Shown: piece after piece, positions 21,737 to 34,816 of the stretch | How the letters are laid out: every line of letters begins with the position of its first letter | How positions within the stretch are numbered: the first letter of the stretch is position 1 | NCBI GenBank assembly: GCA_040954595.2 | Contig: CM082588.2 | Coordinates: forward strand, 9,408,844 to 9,472,843 | Direction: 5' to 3' | Origin: Balanoglossus misakiensis | Taxonomy: Eukaryota > Animalia > Hemichordata | Length of the DNA: 64,000 bases | Position numbers and translations under genes: made by a program | The notes under the pieces: generated by a model | The model's database searches: none | The model's input: the letters and a program-made list of their open reading frames with translations, nothing else | Told to the model about the DNA's origin: nothing

Positions 21737-22805
21737 CGAATTTCGCGGCAAGACTGACTTCCGCATCAAAACACGCTCAAAATCATTCTAGTTCTACGTC
21801 CACGGTGTTACAGAAACAACATTTTTTTGTTATTTTGTATAGCTGTGTAGTAATTTAATATTATTAATAGCATTATCTGCTAATTTCACGTTCAGGTGGT
21901 TGCATCATCGGGGACGATGGCCTTGTGCAGTGTCTTGAATCTCGTCTGTACTAATAACCATGCCAAACTTTCGCTAAAGAAGGCATGACCAACTTCGGAA
22001 GCTTGGAAACATACTCGGGCAAGCGAAGTTTTTTCCGGGCAAAAGTATGGCTTTGAGTCAATTACTAAGCTTCAATTTGGAAAAGTTTTAGAACCAGCAA
22101 CTTTAATTTGAAACCAGCAACTCCATAAAACTGGGGATACATCACTGAAAAAATGAAGGCTCCAAAACGGAGGGGCAAATGTGCGTGATTTATTCCTTGC
22201 AGAAAATGACTCAAAATAAACTATAAAATGCATTTACAATGTTGTTGTTCGTGTACATTAATCCCTGTGTAGTTTTTACTTCGGAAAGATCGACGGTTGA
22301 GTAACCCAAGCACCTCCATTTTTGTTGATGCGCGCAGGAATCAAAGTCTCGACCACCCCCCAGTGATAATCAACGAACAATTGTCAAAGAATGCGCACAA
22401 CTATGCGCAATGCATTTGTACAGCGTCGAGACGTGTGATCATGTGCGAATCGACACGCTGGAGCAGAATTTGAAAGTGCGCCACCAACCATGATTTTTAA
22501 ATTTGTCAACAATGTATACCGGAACCCATTAGGTTTTCGGAAGTTAGCCAAATGCAAATAAAACGAGATTGCTGATTGGCTTAAATAAGCCACAGTTAGA
22601 CCCTTGAGATGCAGCTATATTCGTGGGGGAAAACTGTTTCGGGTGATTCCACAACGTTTGAGGTGAGCTCTTGCTGACAAATCTCACTAACTGTCACCAT
22701 CTCGATCACATGATAGCCAAGGATCTACATTTTACCTGTGAAGCAGCAAATTGGGGCGAAATTTTTTAATTTAAAAAGTAGAAAAGTTAGCTCTTGTGGT
22801 GACAA

Positions 22806-23467
22806 TTGATATATGTGTACACATTCAAAGTTGCTATTTCACAGAATTTCATATTGATTGAATGTTTTGATCCATTGAAGGGTAGTGAGAATCATCAGTT
22901 TAAAGTGCAAACATTGCACTTCAAAGCATGCAGCCTTTCCTGTAAAATCAATGTAACACAAGATGAGTTGGACAAACTCGAAATTCATTGTACAAAGTAT
23001 TTTAATGCCTGTGCTCTATTCCTTGGTCGTGTTACTCCAACTACATGGATTATTGGTTTTGTTGTTCCCCTACATGCTAGTGAAGTGTATAGTGGATTTG
23101 GTTTTGGTCTTGGAATTAATTCCATACAAGGCCGTGAGGCAAAGCATGAGCGTTTGAAACTTTATAGCGTAACAACCAGTCCAAAAAAAAATAAATGGAT
23201 GCAAATTTTAAGGCATAAATATGTGACTCTTATCTGGCTGCAACTTCTTAGTCCTGCTTCAGATAAATATAAACCCTCGAAACCTTAAATATAAACCAAA
23301 ACATGTCATTTATGAGGATCCGGAATATTGCCAATGCGCTAATAAGAAAAATTGTGATCTTGATATGTGTATCATATGTGCACATCCCATAAGAAAAGGT
23401 ATAAAGGATAGTGTTTCCTCTCACAAAATCAATGATGAATTAAAAGGGCATTGTCAACTGACATAAT
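22806..23467 (+). pseudogene. C-terminal fragment of a RAG1/Transib-related transposase-like protein
   Basis: ..TPTTWIIGFVVPLH..GFGLGINSIQGREAKH..W.QILRH, where the E is positioned like the third catalytic residue. After a stop at 23286, a Cys cluster CQC..CIIC follows. Confidence 0.55.
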
Positions 23468-25262
23468 GTTGTCATTTGATTATTTTTTTCACAAAACCAA
23501 ATTTGAAAAATATGTACATGTCTGAAAAATTCCAACAGAATTTATTAACAATGTTCAATTGACTAGAAAGTTTAAAATATACAAATGTACTGTAAGTGCA
23601 CAAGTTCTATATTATACAATAAAATAAAAACACATTCCGAACGGAATTCCTTTTAAATTTTAGAAATTTTTCATCAGATATAAGTGTAACTATTTATTGG
23701 ACATGTTTTTATCATTGTTTGCTTTTTAAGGTCATTCGCATCCCCCCAAAAGCCACTTTAGGCTTCATGTTCAGTAAAAAATTCAGCTGAATTTTTTGAC
23801 GAACAAAGTCTTTCAGTAAAAAGTTCAGCTGATTTTTCCAAAAGTACTAAATCTTCAGCTGGTTTTTTAGTGAAATTGGCTGAAAGATCAGCAAAAATTT
23901 CCAGACATCTTAATTTTCAGCTGATTTTTCCCCTTCATCTCTGATATAATCTGATGATTTTTATCAACAGAAAATCAGAAATTTCATTTGAATTTTATCA
24001 TAAATCAACTTGAGCAGCCCATTTGGTGTGATGTCTTCTGAAATTGATTTCTAATGGTCTTGTATGTTGCACAGTATCCAGGTTCACTGCATTATAATAT
24101 TAAGTAATTTATTGGTCATAAAAATGATATTTGATCATGGTGTTTCATAGTGTGCAATAAATGTCATGGAAGAGTTGGAAGACACAGAAATCACTGCCAA
24201 AGTATATTTTCAGCCTAGGACTTTAATACATTGTGAATCCAAGTTCACAACAGACTTCTTGGCACAGCTAGCATCTTGGGTTTATTGAAAATTTTTACCA
24301 GTCTTCATAAAAATTTACAATCTTGTTGATAAGGTATTACAAAAATCACATGCTTGCCGCCTGTTTAGATGCTATCTGCACAGGTCTGCTGTCAGATGTC
24401 TAATGGAACAAGCGCAGGCCTGCGAAATGCTTATTATAATAAGCTTTGTGTGTAATGGTTTCCTGTGAAATAGGGTATGTTATCAGTTTCTAATGAGATA
24501 TTAAGCATCTGTTAGGTTTCTTTTCCCGCTAATGAATATTCATGTAACTATTTGAACTTTTGCTCCATGACCTGGTGCTGTTGGACAATGTATACTTTGT
24601 GCTCAACTTGGAATGAGGGCAATTTGTAGCGTTGGAATACATAGGAATACAGTGGATGTGCACCAAGTGTACTTTGCAAGGTTGCTCTGTATAAACCATA
24701 CGGTTCAGCTGAATAGCTATCAACATTATTGGCATGTGACAACACAGAACTTGTAAAAGGGATAACAAAACCCTAATGAAATAAGACGACCAGACCGTAT
24801 ATTGTGTTTATGTTAAATGTTTATTAAAACTCCAACTCCAGTTGCCGAAGAAAATTTTTAAATTTCTCTTAACAGTGATCAAACATATTCAGTAAGGTAA
24901 AGACAAAAAGTGTAATGCAACAAGATGGTAAAAATCCAAATTTCACCAAGGAACCTGCATACCAATTTAAAAGATATTGGACAAGCGGTTTCAAAGAAAA
25001 TTATTTTTGACCAAAACAACAAATATTGGACTGGCAGTTTCAGAGATCTTGAGTTCATATGATAGACCCCCCCCCCCCCGATTTTACCAGCCCACCCTGA
25101 TAACACTCATGCTTCCTTAACCCATGTATTTTTTCCTATAAGTCATACCCATTCTTTTAGCGTCCCCCAAGCATTGCTCATCTAAAGCAAATGTGTTAAT
25201 TTTCTTGTTGAGTAACCATGATTTAGCAAATTACAATTTTTTCTTCTACCATTTGCTTGTCA

Positions 25263-25560
25263 TTTTTAGGTCCCATTTGTATAGGTATATATACCATGGG
25301 ACCTTATGGGATGGGTTGCGTCTGTATGGATGGATGTATGTCTGTATTTCCGTCCACTTCAAAAACTTGAAAACCACTGCGCGTATCACCTCAATATTTG
25401 GTGTGTAGGTGCAGGCAGGGCTGTAGATGGGAGTTTGTTCAAACGAAGTTGCCAGGCCCAAAAATATGCAAATTAGCTGGAAAATGTGAATTTGGGCAAA
25501 ACTCAGTAACTAAAGAACTACTGGTCAGATTGCTTTGCTAAGTGGTGTGTATTTACTTTA
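25263..25560 (+). mobile_element. Truncated second copy (5' part) of the HINE at 2294
   Basis: TTTTTAGGTCCCAT..ATGGGACC, the microsatellite and ~250 bp are highly similar to 2294-2590. No array or 3' end is present. Confidence 0.88.
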
Positions 25561-26519
25561 TTGAGTTGTTTTAATTAGGCAGGAACTCCCCTCTGTGATT
25601 CATATAAACACAGCAAATTCCTGAATGATTACATAACTGGCTAAGTTTTAAAGAGGCCAGCTGTTCTATTTAGTGTATGTACAGTACATATGCCATTGGC
25701 AGCTTATGGGTCAGTCAGTGTTTGCCCATTGATCTCTCGCTGTGTGTGTAAGCTCAACACTTTTCCCACACACAGATCTTCATATATAGTGACTATCCAG
25801 TCACCAGCTGTTACAACCTCATCAGACATCACTGCTTTCATCTAGAATAGAACAAGATTAAATTAAGAAAAAAATGTTGAATAATAGAATTATACAGCCA
25901 AAGATTAGCAGAATGATAAAATAAAAGGCTTAACATTGTTACACGTAACTCTTGCCACACCACCGTCAGGAAATCGTCTCTCTAGTGTGTTTGGCCCCAA
26001 CCGCTGGAACAGGGCCTTCACTTGCTGATCACTGGAAGATGTCATGACCCTTCGCCTAATTCAGATGATGTTGTCCGTCCAGCCCCCACGGTCTTCCTCA
26101 CACCAGCCCTTGATGATGGTACACACTTCTGCTGGGACATTGAGGTGGCTATGTCCAGTCCATGGATTCACAGTTGTCGGTGGTCTTCGCAGGCATCTGA
26201 GGATGAGCCTGTTGATGTTGTTCAGGACCTGCACTGCGATGGGGCTGGTGTAGGCGATGTTAATATATGGCCTGGTGGTCTGATGAGTCGTCTGCTGCTG
26301 CTGGACCATGCCAGGTAGTAGGGACGTCAGCTGGCTGGCTATTCTCATATAAGGTTCTCGGGGGTTGGTGACAGAACTCTGTCATGCAGTCTCGCTGATT
26401 GTTGAAGGACTTCATAAAAGTACTGCTCCTCACTTACAGTGCAGGCTGGCAGTCGAATAACGAGGGCAATATTATCGCAAGCAGTATCGGTCGAACACGC
26501 TGCAGAATTCGCGATCGCT

Positions 26520-27375
26520 GTCACTATGAACAACTTCTGAATGACATCTGAGGAAATGGAGGCCCATGCCCGGCTAACCCAGTTCACGACATCCTGCCTC
26601 AATGGCTGCTTCAGGTTGCCAGATGCAGTTTGACGCTCTCCCTGCATGTACTGGACCCACCCTCTACGAATAGCATCTTTGAACGGCTTCTTCACCGACA
26701 CATGCAGGGGCTGGACGAACGATGTACAGCCAGCAGGTACAAAGACACTATCCGTATCGACATTGTCCACCGAGTTGCAGCCGTCATATGTTGGCGAGCT
26801 CTGTCGAGAACTAGGAGTCACCTGACATCAACGTTGGGACCCCACACGTTGGTGTACCAAAATACCATTTTCTCCGACGTCATCCAACCCTTCTGAGTGG
26901 CAGTAATACGCACGTTGTCTGGAACGTGAAGCTGCTGCAAAACCCTGGGCCCCAGTCGTCCACCTCGCTCCCTATAAAGAAAAGAAAAAAAAGATTTATT
27001 GATTACAAGTGTATCATTCGAATGGTATACTTTTATAACATGGGCGGTCATCAGACTGATAATGAACAGCTGGATTAAGAAAACTTACTTGAAAATTATG
27101 TACGCAGGGTCTTTGTGTCCACTCGCTCTGCAGGACAAGGTTGCGGTAAAACCATGTTTCTTGCCACAAGTATTGAAATTCGGACAGACTTTTCGCCTCT
27201 GACGTTGTTGGTTGATGACAGGGGGTTGTCAAACCTGACCATGGTCTCGTCCATGTTTCCAATGTTGTACATGGTGTAGTCGTTGACTTCACGTAGATAT
27301 CGAACACTGTGCCTAAAATGCTGTGATCTGCTCTCTGAAATCTTCGGTGGTTTTCTGCGAGTCGCTCGTACCTAC
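26520..27375 (-). pseudogene. pogo/Tigger-type (DDE_1) transposase relic with intron
   Basis: Motifs IGNMDETMVRFD, KGWM, LLVLD, VPAGCTSFVQPLHVSVKKPFK and WVSRAW. In-phase GT-AG intron 27088-26972. Stops and frameshifts are present, and the third catalytic D is replaced by H. Confidence 0.88.
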
Positions 27376-28034
27376 AATTTAAAGAGAAAAAAGAGCAAGT
27401 ATGAAAAAATGTTATGTGTTGGTTTATATAAATAAAATAAACTGCATTTTTGTTAAATGGTCACGATTGGTTTTAATACTTTTACACATTACTTTTACAC
27501 ATTTTTACATGGCCGATCCTGTTGAATTTATTGGGCATTTATGTATTTATGTGCATTACAATATGACTATTGTTCTTCTGTATTGGAGGGTTGAAATTCA
27601 GATAGAAGTCCAAAACTGTGTTGAAAAGTGTGATTTAATGAACATGATTTAATTTATGACGTGACGGTAACTCACAAACACTTATTTTTATGATAATTTT
27701 ATTACATCACTATACACAAAATGATCACACCCATTACATATCCGAGTAAATGAAAATAACGCAGACGTCTGCAAGTACTAAACCTCAATATCACTATCCC
27801 TGTTAGATTACCTGGTAATGTAATCTTTAATAAAATGAAATAAATCCTGGTGAATATTCACAGATTTATGTCTTTTTTGTATGTTTCATGAATGAAACAC
27901 ACTAATGTGAAAGAGGTGTTGTGTGGAGATGTGGGAATACTCACATTCCAGTATGTAGAATTGTTATTAAAGTAAAAAATACAAGGCAATGAAAATGCCT
28001 GAAGTGATACACAGTATAAACAGTGTTGGTACAC

Positions 28035-28208
28035 ATGTGTGGCCAATATGAGTTTACAAGGACTGTCTACATCCCATTAACGCACGTGTCAAAAGTGGCC
28101 AATAGGAGTGTACAATGACTGTCTACATCCCTTTAACGCACGTGTGAAAAGTGGCCAATAGGAGTGTACAATGACTGTCTACATCCCTGTAACGCATTTG
28201 TGAAAAGT
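28035..28208 (+). repeat. 56-bp minisatellite, 3 copies
   Basis: GTGGCCAATA at 28039, 28095 and 28151. Confidence 0.9.
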
Positions 28209-29581
28209 AATGTCACATGACTGTGTACCAATACAACTCTGTGCTAGGACTTTTATCAGAACTACTGGGCCATGACTGTAAAAAGAAACTATAGTACAGG
28301 GATGTAATTTGAAGTCCAGTCACAGCACTGTTTCCCACATGACTGTAAATAAACTGAGCTGTTACATGGTCGTGTACTAAATTTATGTAGATTGACTGTG
28401 CAAAAATCTATGCTGTTACATGGTTGTAAATGACATGGCTGCCACAGGGCTGTACTCCTCTACACTGTACAATGTAAATATTGTGGTGATTGTGTCTGCT
28501 TGACTATAAGCTTACCTCATTAACTTCAATGTCACTTGAAAACCCCCAGCAAAGTACACTCCAAAACGCTTAAATGATGTTTCACACAAAGTGAAATCAA
28601 CACTTCAAAGTACCCACCACTGAATTTCACGACTTTTGCACCATAACTTGAGAACCTGCTGCCTTTCTCATTGGGCCAGGCCACACGCATTCTTCGTGTT
28701 TTCAACACGGTCACTCCACACAAGCATGAGTTACGGGGTCGATTACGTCGATTTTGACGACTGTCATGTCGATAGAAAAACGATTTTGGAAGAAGAGGAA
28801 GATGTATCAGCATGTACAACTACAACTTCTGTTGTAGTTGTCTGATGTCCACAGTGCAGTAAGCAATACAAAAGTGCGAGTAGTTTTAGAGGCGATATGA
28901 AGAACGTCCAAGAGATGTCCAGTGTCAAAAGTAACTTTAAATTTCGTCATATCAAATTATTGAGGATTGAAAACGAAAATAACTGAAAGCTCTTTTTTAT
29001 GTTACATTTTACTTTTACTGCTTGAAAATAAGTACCCCACAAGCTAGCGATCACTCAACGACCGATTACGTATGAGTGTTCGTAGTTTGCCTTTGTACAT
29101 GCTGGTGTTCGGCATTGGAGTCGGGGTTCTGTTGTGCTTATAAGTACACTTTACAGCCACGTTCACTTCTACAGTTGCCATGTTACAACCTAGACCAGAA
29201 ACGCGGCGACCAGGAGCTGCTTTGTGCACCTGATCTTTTTCCTGTCCATTGGGTGTAAAATACGAACACATTGTGTACTTCTTGTTGATGCATGATGATT
29301 TCCCTTTTCTTTCCGTTTTTAACTTGTGAAGTAGTTCACAGTATTTGTTGAATGACATAAACTTTACTTTATAATGCAGCAGTCACATGTGTTGCCAGAC
29401 TGTCTTCATTCTTTAACTATTTTAAATGGCAACACTACTATCACTAACAAACTAATAAAACAGACACAAGTGTTGGGGGTAAAGGTCAACTATTTTTAAT
29501 TTCTCATGTTGACCGGCTAAATAGCCTGAAAAACCGCCAAAACAATACCCCCAACACAGGCAGTGCGTGCTAGCGCCCTTA

Positions 29582-30200
29582 CTAATCTGATAAGGCTAAC
29601 GCCAGGGATTTGGCGACTCTACATTTGGTTTCCGAGGAAATGACAGTATAGCGTTCGAAGGCATTTGAGCTCCAGTCGCCTTGTAATTTGATGAGAAGAG
29701 GGGGAATACCCAAGTTCACTTCAAATGTTGCCCCTCCCCTGCGAAATGAATGACTCGAATACAGGGATGGTTTGTAGCCACAATTGCTCAGGACTAGTCT
29801 GAGTGTTTTTGTAAACTTTGAATGAGTGAGAACCTGAGGGCAGGATGTGGGTGCATTGGCTGATGGTCGATATGAAAATAAATGGGTATGAGGTTCCTCT
29901 GATGGGGAGAAATGAAGCATCTGGTGGAAAGCTGCCACCGGACATAGGCAGGAGTTGGCAATTTGTTGAAGGGGCAACTCTAGTACTCGTTGGCCATACT
30001 GGATAGTTTTTGTGTGGCGGACCGTAATGGTAGCCAGACCGTTGTGAACGGACACATCATCTCTGCGCAAGTACTTACTGGAATTTGGCAGTGTTTGTCT
30101 TTTAACAACAATGTGGACTTTCTGGCGAAGGTGAAAAATGCGAAAAGGCAAGCGCACCAAAATGTGGCATTGAAGGGGATTGACAGATCCAGGTGTGAGT
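29582..30200 (-). pseudogene. Tyrosine recombinase catalytic domain (N-terminal domain deleted, one frameshift)
   Basis: AFFTFARKS (R), HTKT (K), LCPV, SHSFRRGGAT (HxxR) and GDWSSNAFERY (W, Y). Confidence 0.92.
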
Positions 30201-30209
30201 GAATGTGAG

Positions 30210-31780
30210 TAAGAAGCATCCGTCATATGGTGATACCAATCTCTTAGCGGGTGTAGCTGGTGATTGGCGAGAAGGTTCACTGCTGTGAAGTAGTGTTTGG
30301 CAGAGTGTAAACACGATAAGGAGTCTGCGCTGTTGTCCTTGGTGCTCACGTATCGGGCTGTGATGTGGAAATTAAATAGTGCCGACAGCCAGAACAACTC
30401 GCGAAGCCATTCCATAGCCGCTTTGTTGCGGGATGTACCAGAGTTAATGGCGTACATGGTTGTAGTATTGTCTGTATATACCACTATGTGGCGTTTGTCC
30501 CAGAAACAACACCATCGCCTTCATGCAATCAGGACTGTATACAGTTCCTGTAAGTTGATGTGCATGTCTGCCAAGATAGGGTGGTCGGCCGACCACTGTG
30601 TATAAAACCAGTCATTCGCGAAAAACCCGCTATTGCGCATGCATCAGTGGTGAAAACCTGTTGGGGCAACGGAGTCTCCTCTATGAAGAAAGCCGTACCA
30701 TTGAAAACTTTGCTCAGATTTGTCCACCATTCGATGTCCGCTCTCGCGTGCCTGTTAAGGCGTATGTGATGAGACTGCTGTGAAACTGAGTTTGACAAGT
30801 CAATAAGACGTCTCAAAAATGTGCGTCCGCCTCGAATAACCCGTGCTGCCCAGTTGAGTTTGCCAAGTAGTTGTTGGAGTTCGCGTTTGGTTGTTCGCCG
30901 CTTAGGAAGCCAGTGTTGCAAAAGGTCGCTCAAGTCCTGTAATTTGCCCTTATCGAGGGAAAGCGTCCGTGTGCGTGCATTTATCTCTATGCCAAGAAAT
31001 GTCAGCTGCTGTGTTGGGTTTACCACTTTGTCCCAGTTTATTGTGAAGCCAAGGTTCTGTAAAAGTTGTAATAAAGCCAGAAATGCTTGCTCGCAAGCAA
31101 ATTTGGAGTCCGCTATAATCAGAAAATCATCAAGATAAACAATTACCGCCTGGTACCTTTTTCTGCATATCATTCTGGTGACGCTTTGCGTTATGCGGGT
31201 GAAAATTTCTGGGCTTTTGGCTGCCCCGAATGGTAGCCTGGTGTCCACCATATAAGTAGAGGTATTCTGTCCTGAAAATTTGTAGGGGAGACCTGTAGCT
31301 CGCTGCGAGTCCGTGCTTATAGGGACCGAACGGTACGCTGACTTCAAGTCCACTTTCGCAAGATATGAACCAACTTTGCACAGTTGCACCGCGTGATCTA
31401 TAGTTTCATATTTGAAAGTTGAAGTAGAAGCGTACGCGTTGACACCGCCTCCTACTGGGCGGCTGCAGTCGTGTATGAGTCTGACTTTGTCAGAGTTTTT
31501 CTTGGGGATGGCACCTAAACTGCTAATTATTTGAGGCTTCTCCGCTGTGACACGGTAATTACCCACATCAACCTCATGGATAATTTGTTCCTCGACTGCC
31601 TTGCGATTAGCAGGGTCAGAGCATGACGCATAGTTTTTTCTGTCCACGTTTTGAAGGGGGTACCAGGGGTAATGATATCAAAACCAAATTTTAAACCGTT
31701 GAGTATGAAATCACGATCCATGTCATTTTCCAGTTCATCATTCCACGTTGCCAGGTGATCAGTAAGAGGGCTAGCAACCT
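30210..31780 (-). pseudogene. RT-RNase H of the YR retroelement (frameshifted)
   Basis: VRLIHDCS, KVDLKSAYR, RLPFG, VYLDDFL and FTTDAC, continuing in another frame as VYTDN..SALFNFHITARYVSTKDNSADSLS. Frameshifts near 31645 and 30620. Confidence 0.9.
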
Positions 31781-31784
31781 TATC

Positions 31785-32774
31785 CTAGGCATGATTGTTC
31801 GAAGTTAGCGATTTGTGGCGGTGTTGTGGGTGATCTTTGTGGCACCCGTCCTCGATGCATATGTGCGCAAAACGAGAGTAGGTGCGGTTGCAGCCCGGTG
31901 GGTTTTGGAAATCGAAGCAAATTTCCTTGCCTTTCGAATCATAACTGCGACCTTTGGAGTTGCCTGTGGTATTTTTCCCTTTTCGCTGAGGCGCGACTTG
32001 CCGCTTATCAAGATGATACAGTGACAGGTGAAGGTCTACGGCTCCCCACGCGAGCGAATCGGCAGCCTGCTTTTTCCTGCACTCGTGATCGCAAGTCAGG
32101 ACCGATGGGATTGTGAATGATTGAGCGTAGTCACCAATATTAATTGTATGATCGAGATATGCCAATGTCTCTTCCGTGGACATACCGCGGGCGATCAGTG
32201 CCTTTAAAATGCGGGCATTGGCTGATATCCACTGTGGCAGTGAAACTTGGTCCGGTCGCGGTCGTTGTTTTGCTGTTCGCATAACTAATTTTGTGTCTCT
32301 GTCGGCCGCCAGTTCAGTTTCGTCTGGTTGATCGAACGAACCCTTTTTCGTGGTGACATAGTCCGGAATTAGTAGGGGTTTTCGCTCACCTTTCCCGGGG
32401 GTTGGCTTTGTGTTTGTGGCCTGTGGTTGGTCGGACAGGACGTTTTTGAGGGCATCGTTGCCTAGGGCTTCGAGGAGCTCATTCAGTGCCTTGTTTTTTG
32501 CCAAGTCTTGTGTGGTTACCTCTTTGGTGGCCTCGCCGGCGAGCTTCGGCGTGTCCACGGGCTTGGATTCCGCTTTTTGAGAGCATAGTTTGTTTCGCAA
32601 CTGGCGAAGCAGTCCGCGTTGACCGATGTGTAGCGCTAGGTCGACAATGTCTTGGTCGCTGAGGCACTTCAGTACTTCGGAGGATGTGACCTGGGAGGTG
32701 GTTAGTGAGCTGATAGTGTCTTTTGAAAGACCCGCCGCTTCACACCATTCAACAAAGCTGTAATCTTCTGACAT
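31785..32774 (-). CDS. Gag-like ORF1 of the YR retroelement (329 aa)
   Basis: SAM-like N-terminus (FVEWCEAAGLS..IGQRGLLRQL) and a C-terminal Cys/His finger (ICFDFQ..GC..HIC..C...H). Lies directly upstream of the RT. Confidence 0.8.
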   Translation of the reverse strand: MSEDYSFVEWCEAAGLSKDTISSLTTSQVTSSEVLKCLSDQDIVDLALHIGQRGLLRQLRNKLCSQKAESKPVDTPKLAGEATKEVTTQDLAKNKALNELLEALGNDALKNVLSDQPQATNTKPTPGKGERKPLLIPDYVTTKKGSFDQPDETELAADRDTKLVMRTAKQRPRPDQVSLPQWISANARILKALIARGMSTEETLAYLDHTINIGDYAQSFTIPSVLTCDHECRKKQAADSLAWGAVDLHLSLYHLDKRQVAPQRKGKNTTGNSKGRSYDSKGKEICFDFQNPPGCNRTYSRFAHICIEDGCHKDHPQHRHKSLTSNNHA

Positions 32775-33445
32775 TGTAACTGGTGACTATTGGGAGTATG
32801 TCCGGGAAAGACCGAAATTAAAGCAGTTTCGGCGAGCGACATACAAAATGTCCGCTGTCCGTCTGGGCAAAAAAACCACGAGGTAGCCTCGTCCCAGGAC
32901 CAGCTCCATTTAAACTCCAATAAAACAAGTGTTATTGTACACGTTAATTTCATTTTTCAGTGTCTCAACACAAATGCATAATAGAGGGCCACCTGCCTGA
33001 CCAATTACCAAAAGGTAAGAAAATAAAATTTACATTGGATGCCTCAAACTTCATATTAGTTAACCTACCTTCTTGGAAGAGAGTAAAATTCTCTCTAGAA
33101 AAAGCCATAGACTGTGAAATGTATTTTTCTTTTGTTAAGCATTAGTGCAGAGTTCAGAACAAGTTTCTGAGATGTGTGTCTAAGACAGTTCACTGTTAGT
33201 TTGCATCCAATTTAATTTGCTGGTCCCCATTTGTTAGAATTATGGAATCTACAACACTGTTTACATTTTTTCAGGAAATCCCAATGTCTGTTTACCAGAT
33301 CAAGAAGAGGGAACCAATTCCAGGAGGAAAAGACAAGCAGGTATGATTTAATTTTTATTTACAAATTTTTATTGCAGTTTGTACCCTACTACAACTGGGC
33401 TGAACATCTCCTGTCAAATTCAGTTTTAAGTCAGGTAGAAGAAGT

Positions 33446-34473
33446 ATGCCATTGCTTGATTGTTTTTGTTTTTTTAAATTACTATTTTTGTCTAGGTTGG
33501 TTTTTGTCGAGTTAATTGTGAAGACATGTGAAACCATTGCCAGTGATGAAAACTTGGCATTTGATGGCAGTTTTGGAACCAGCATCTCTGATTTGGGGAA
33601 GTGTCTGGCCGTTGAAATGCAATCAGGCAAAATGGAAAACCAAACCATGGTCTTGTTGCAGGAGAAATTGTGGGAAACTCTGTCAGCCGGCGAACAAATG
33701 GCACTGTACTCCAGTCAGTCAGAGGAAATGTGGCACACCTTTTTTAACATGTGGGTTGATAATAGAATTACACAGAAGCTGATAACCAGCTTTGATAGTG
33801 CTCTTCCTAGTTCTTACAAATATAATGAAAGAAACTTGTTCCAATTCACTCGAATGTTCTCATTTAAGTTAGGGTGCTTAGCTCGAATTCACTGCACAAA
33901 GGTTAAGGAGACTCGCACAACAACAGTTCTCCCTATGACCAGTGAAGAAGAGCAGGCACTACTAAACTTTTGTGGCTATGTTCCATACAAATTGAGAAAA
34001 CGGCTACAAAAGAAGGATGGTAGTTTTTATATTCTATTTTAGATGACATGAAGGAAGGTACAGAAGTTAATGGTGACATGTCACAAACCAAGGGATGGTT
34101 AAATTCCCAGGACAGGGGGGGGGGGGGGGCTCTTTCGAGTGACAGACATAGCTTTTCATTTTTTATGGAGATCGAATTGGTGTGTAAGCAACATCTCAAT
34201 GTTGTAAACACATCAAATGTATCAAAAAGCCAGAGTATCAATTAGCCAATAATTGATGAGATTCTGGCTAGTCAGAAGATCAATTCACTTTGGTGCAGTG
34301 TAGCCCGAAGTTGTGAAAGTGAAAAGGTGTCCTCCTCACTCATGGCCATGATTGTAAATTTGTATGTTCAAGTGCGTTGCTTCTCTTTCAGCAGAAGCCT
34401 TGTTGAAATGTTAAAAACTAAAGCAAACATACATGTAAGGGGGTCGAAGGGTTTGAGGAAATCTTTGCAATAG
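33446..34473 (+). pseudogene. Protein resembling the C-terminal region of P-element/THAP9-type transposases
   Basis: EEQAL..FCGYV..KL, W...QDRGG, F..IE, IVNLYVQVR.F and KGLRKSL across a frameshift (~34040) and a stop (34243). Confidence 0.6.
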
Positions 34474-34762
34474 GTGATCAAACAGTTAAGAACTAGCAAA
34501 GATTTACAAGGTCTGATAGCCAGCTAGAGATGTCATTTACCTTATTTTGAATTTTGTGTGATAATTAACTCATTCTGTTTCATTTATTATTTATACTATT
34601 CTGATTATTCCACTATTTGAAGTTACTGTATATATTAATTTTTTATCAATTTAGAATTGTTATTTTTGTGGTTTTAATATTTTTTATTGTTTTAATATCT
34701 TATAAATTTTCATTTGGCAATAAATTACATGCAACTGTAAAAACGTATGTCTGTTTCAATTG

Positions 34763-34784
34763 CATACATACATACATACATACA

Positions 34785-34816
<32 letters not shown>

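Larger units (their letters stand above)
29582..32774 (-). mobile_element. Ngaro/DIRS-group tyrosine-recombinase retrotransposon, degenerate
   Basis: Gag-like ORF, RT/RNase H and YR occur in order on one strand. No methyltransferase is seen. Terminal split repeats were not found. Confidence 0.9.

Noticed and set aside
16-23467. ProtoRAG-like RAG1-RAG2 pair with RSS-like ends
   Set aside because: No kelch/PHD RAG2-like ORF is seen. CACAGTG heptamers (e.g. 4015 and in the LTRs) lie inside other elements and lack a recognisable nonamer.
24170-24770. Possible coding relic on the minus strand
   Set aside because: It has multiple stops and no motif I can assign.
29582-30484. A genuine RNase H-tyrosine recombinase fusion protein
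   Set aside because: The catalytic Arg motif (ARKS) lies in another frame, so the ORF is a deletion/frameshift artefact.
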